DNA from: Raillietiella orientalis
Taxonomy: Eukaryota
Reading direction: 5' to 3'
NCBI GenBank assembly: GCA_036172245.1
Contig: JAYWIR010000003.1
Coordinates: 6,696,001 to 6,760,000 of the forward strand
DNA length: 64,000 bases
Shown here piece after piece: positions 62,301 through 64,000 of the stretch. A program made the position numbers and the translations under genes. Within the stretch, counting starts at the first letter, position 1. Every line of letters begins with the position of its first letter. The notes under the pieces were generated by a model. It was given only the letters and a program-made list of their open reading frames with translations. It had not been told where the DNA came from and made no database searches.

Positions 62301-64000
62301 CATCCCGAAGTTTTGCTGGGCACACCATGGCCAGTGGCACTGTTCCCGACAAGCTTCCTTCGCCAGAAAAGCACGACAGCGTTTCCATATTCACAGTCGA
62401 CAGGGGTACTGGTCGCGATGACGACCGATCTTCGGGCAGCTTGCTGAACAAAAGATCGGATCGGATCTGCGTGTCGGATGGGAGCAACAGCGTTCGAGCT
62501 GCTGCCTCAGGTATAGCTTGTGCGTGCAGGGGTGCCACGTCCAACTCGGGTCGGCGAGCTAACGGACTACAAGCGACGCACAATTCTCGGGACATTACTG
62601 AAGAATTCACAAAACGCCGTTTTCTCAGCCACTCTCCTGCTAAATTCGTAGAACCTGATCGCCGAACACTTAAATTACTTGGGTCGACACGAAAGTGAAC
62701 CTGGAAAAACAGCAGGAAACAAATACCTTTGGAGTAAGACCATTTGCAAACGTGCAGTCAACTGCCGGTTCCTAGGTGACGGAAATTCCTTCCAAAAATG
62801 AGAAACATTCCCGCATTCGTATGCATTCCATTTATTCAAATCGGAGGGAACTAGCGATCCACGGACTCGGGAGATCCGAATATCATCCAGTTTTTCTTTT
62901 TTTTTCTTTCCCCCCCCCCCCCTTCCGATTTCGAACACACTTCAACGGGAAGCCACCTTCAAGTGCCGTCGCTAGCAGAGTCCGCTACACCATTTATTTA
63001 AGTGACGAGCACGGGCACACCATCGTGATATGCCCAAACGTGGCTCGGAAATGAAGCAACTCCTCGACCTCTTGCAGATCAGGGAAGTCCTTTTTCAAGG
63101 CCAGCTCCAAGTTCACTTCGAAAAACATCCTTGTTTGAGAACGCGAAGCACGAAGATGCCTCTTCGGAGTGAAAAGTGCATTCTCAATGATCCCTTGCGA
63201 TTAGGTACGGTACGGTTTAAGACACCGTACAACAAAACAATCATTTACCTGACCAAAAACAAAAGCAGTGTGCGACACGAACACATAACGAGGAAACAGT
63301 TGAGATTACCTTTCGCCATGCCAATGCGAAAACCACTGGCGTGAAAGACTGTACGAGGTGACACCTTTTTCGAATGAACAACCCTCCAAAAAGAACTCAC
63401 CGACAGAAAACAAAGTCGCAAACGCCAATGATACAAATTTCAGGGTTCGTCCGAAACCAGAAGGTTCTTGCTCGGGAGAGCTTTTTTACCAGACCCCTGA
63501 AAGCAAGAACTTCCGCACTCGTTGATGGCGTTCTTCGGAGGTTTCCGTCACTCTCTCGCCACGCTTGAGAATGATGCCAAATTTCAGTTGTCGCCCGTCA
63601 TCCACGGCGGATGCCCAATCATCTCACACACACATCTGATGCAACATACTGGCATGATGCAAGCACACGCGAGTGTGTGCACCGCAAACGCCCTACAAAG
63701 TAAAGCACTTGGAGAACCACACACAGAATGCCCATTCGGTTCGGCAGAGCGCTTCTGCTTGCTTACACGGCTTTGGGCGAAGCTCTCTGCGCTCCAGCAG
63801 CAGAGATCTCTCCGGGCAGAGCTTTTTTCCAAGACAAGTCTGCCACCACTGGCGTTCCACAGAAAAAGGAGCTGCGAAAAGGAGGGAAAAGTCCGTTGGC
63901 TGCTTGAACCGCAAGGGTTTGCACTGGTTCCGTCAGTACAAAAGGGTTAACCCCTTTCTGGACCCCGGCACAAGAACCATTCTGCATCGCAGTCATCTAT

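Noticed and set aside
1..64000. tRNA, rRNA, SL RNA, CRISPR arrays or intact transposase/RT genes
   Set aside because: None recognised by eye; a covariance-model and Dfam search would be needed to exclude them.

Overview
This is eukaryotic (animal) nuclear DNA, most likely from an arthropod: the MEF2 MADS box carries the arthropod-type FNKRKFGVM...HESLTN signature, and an FKBP39-type gene and a Wolbachia-like insert are present. Most introns are very short (43-65 nt). Positions 1-22.6 kb are GC/CpG-rich, homopolymer-rich non-coding DNA upstream of Mef2 (+), with two perfect MEF2 sites. Six minus-strand genes follow: FKBP8, GKAP1, a nucleoplasmin-domain FKBP (FKBP39-like), a JAK kinase and two HMG-CoA reductase paralogues. 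Three features stand out. (1) One HMGCR paralogue has no detectable membrane/sterol-sensing domain and ends in a canonical CaaX box (CMLS). (2) Two same-strand gene pairs (GKAP1>FKBP8 and JAK>FKBP39) are separated by only 61 and 36 nt, each with a splice acceptor 0-2 nt before the downstream ATG, which resembles operons or trans-splicing. (3) A Wolbachia-like mraY fragment sits between the HMGCR copies and is bracketed by in-frame splice signals. Gene models were spliced by hand and family calls rest on recalled motifs; no searches were run.
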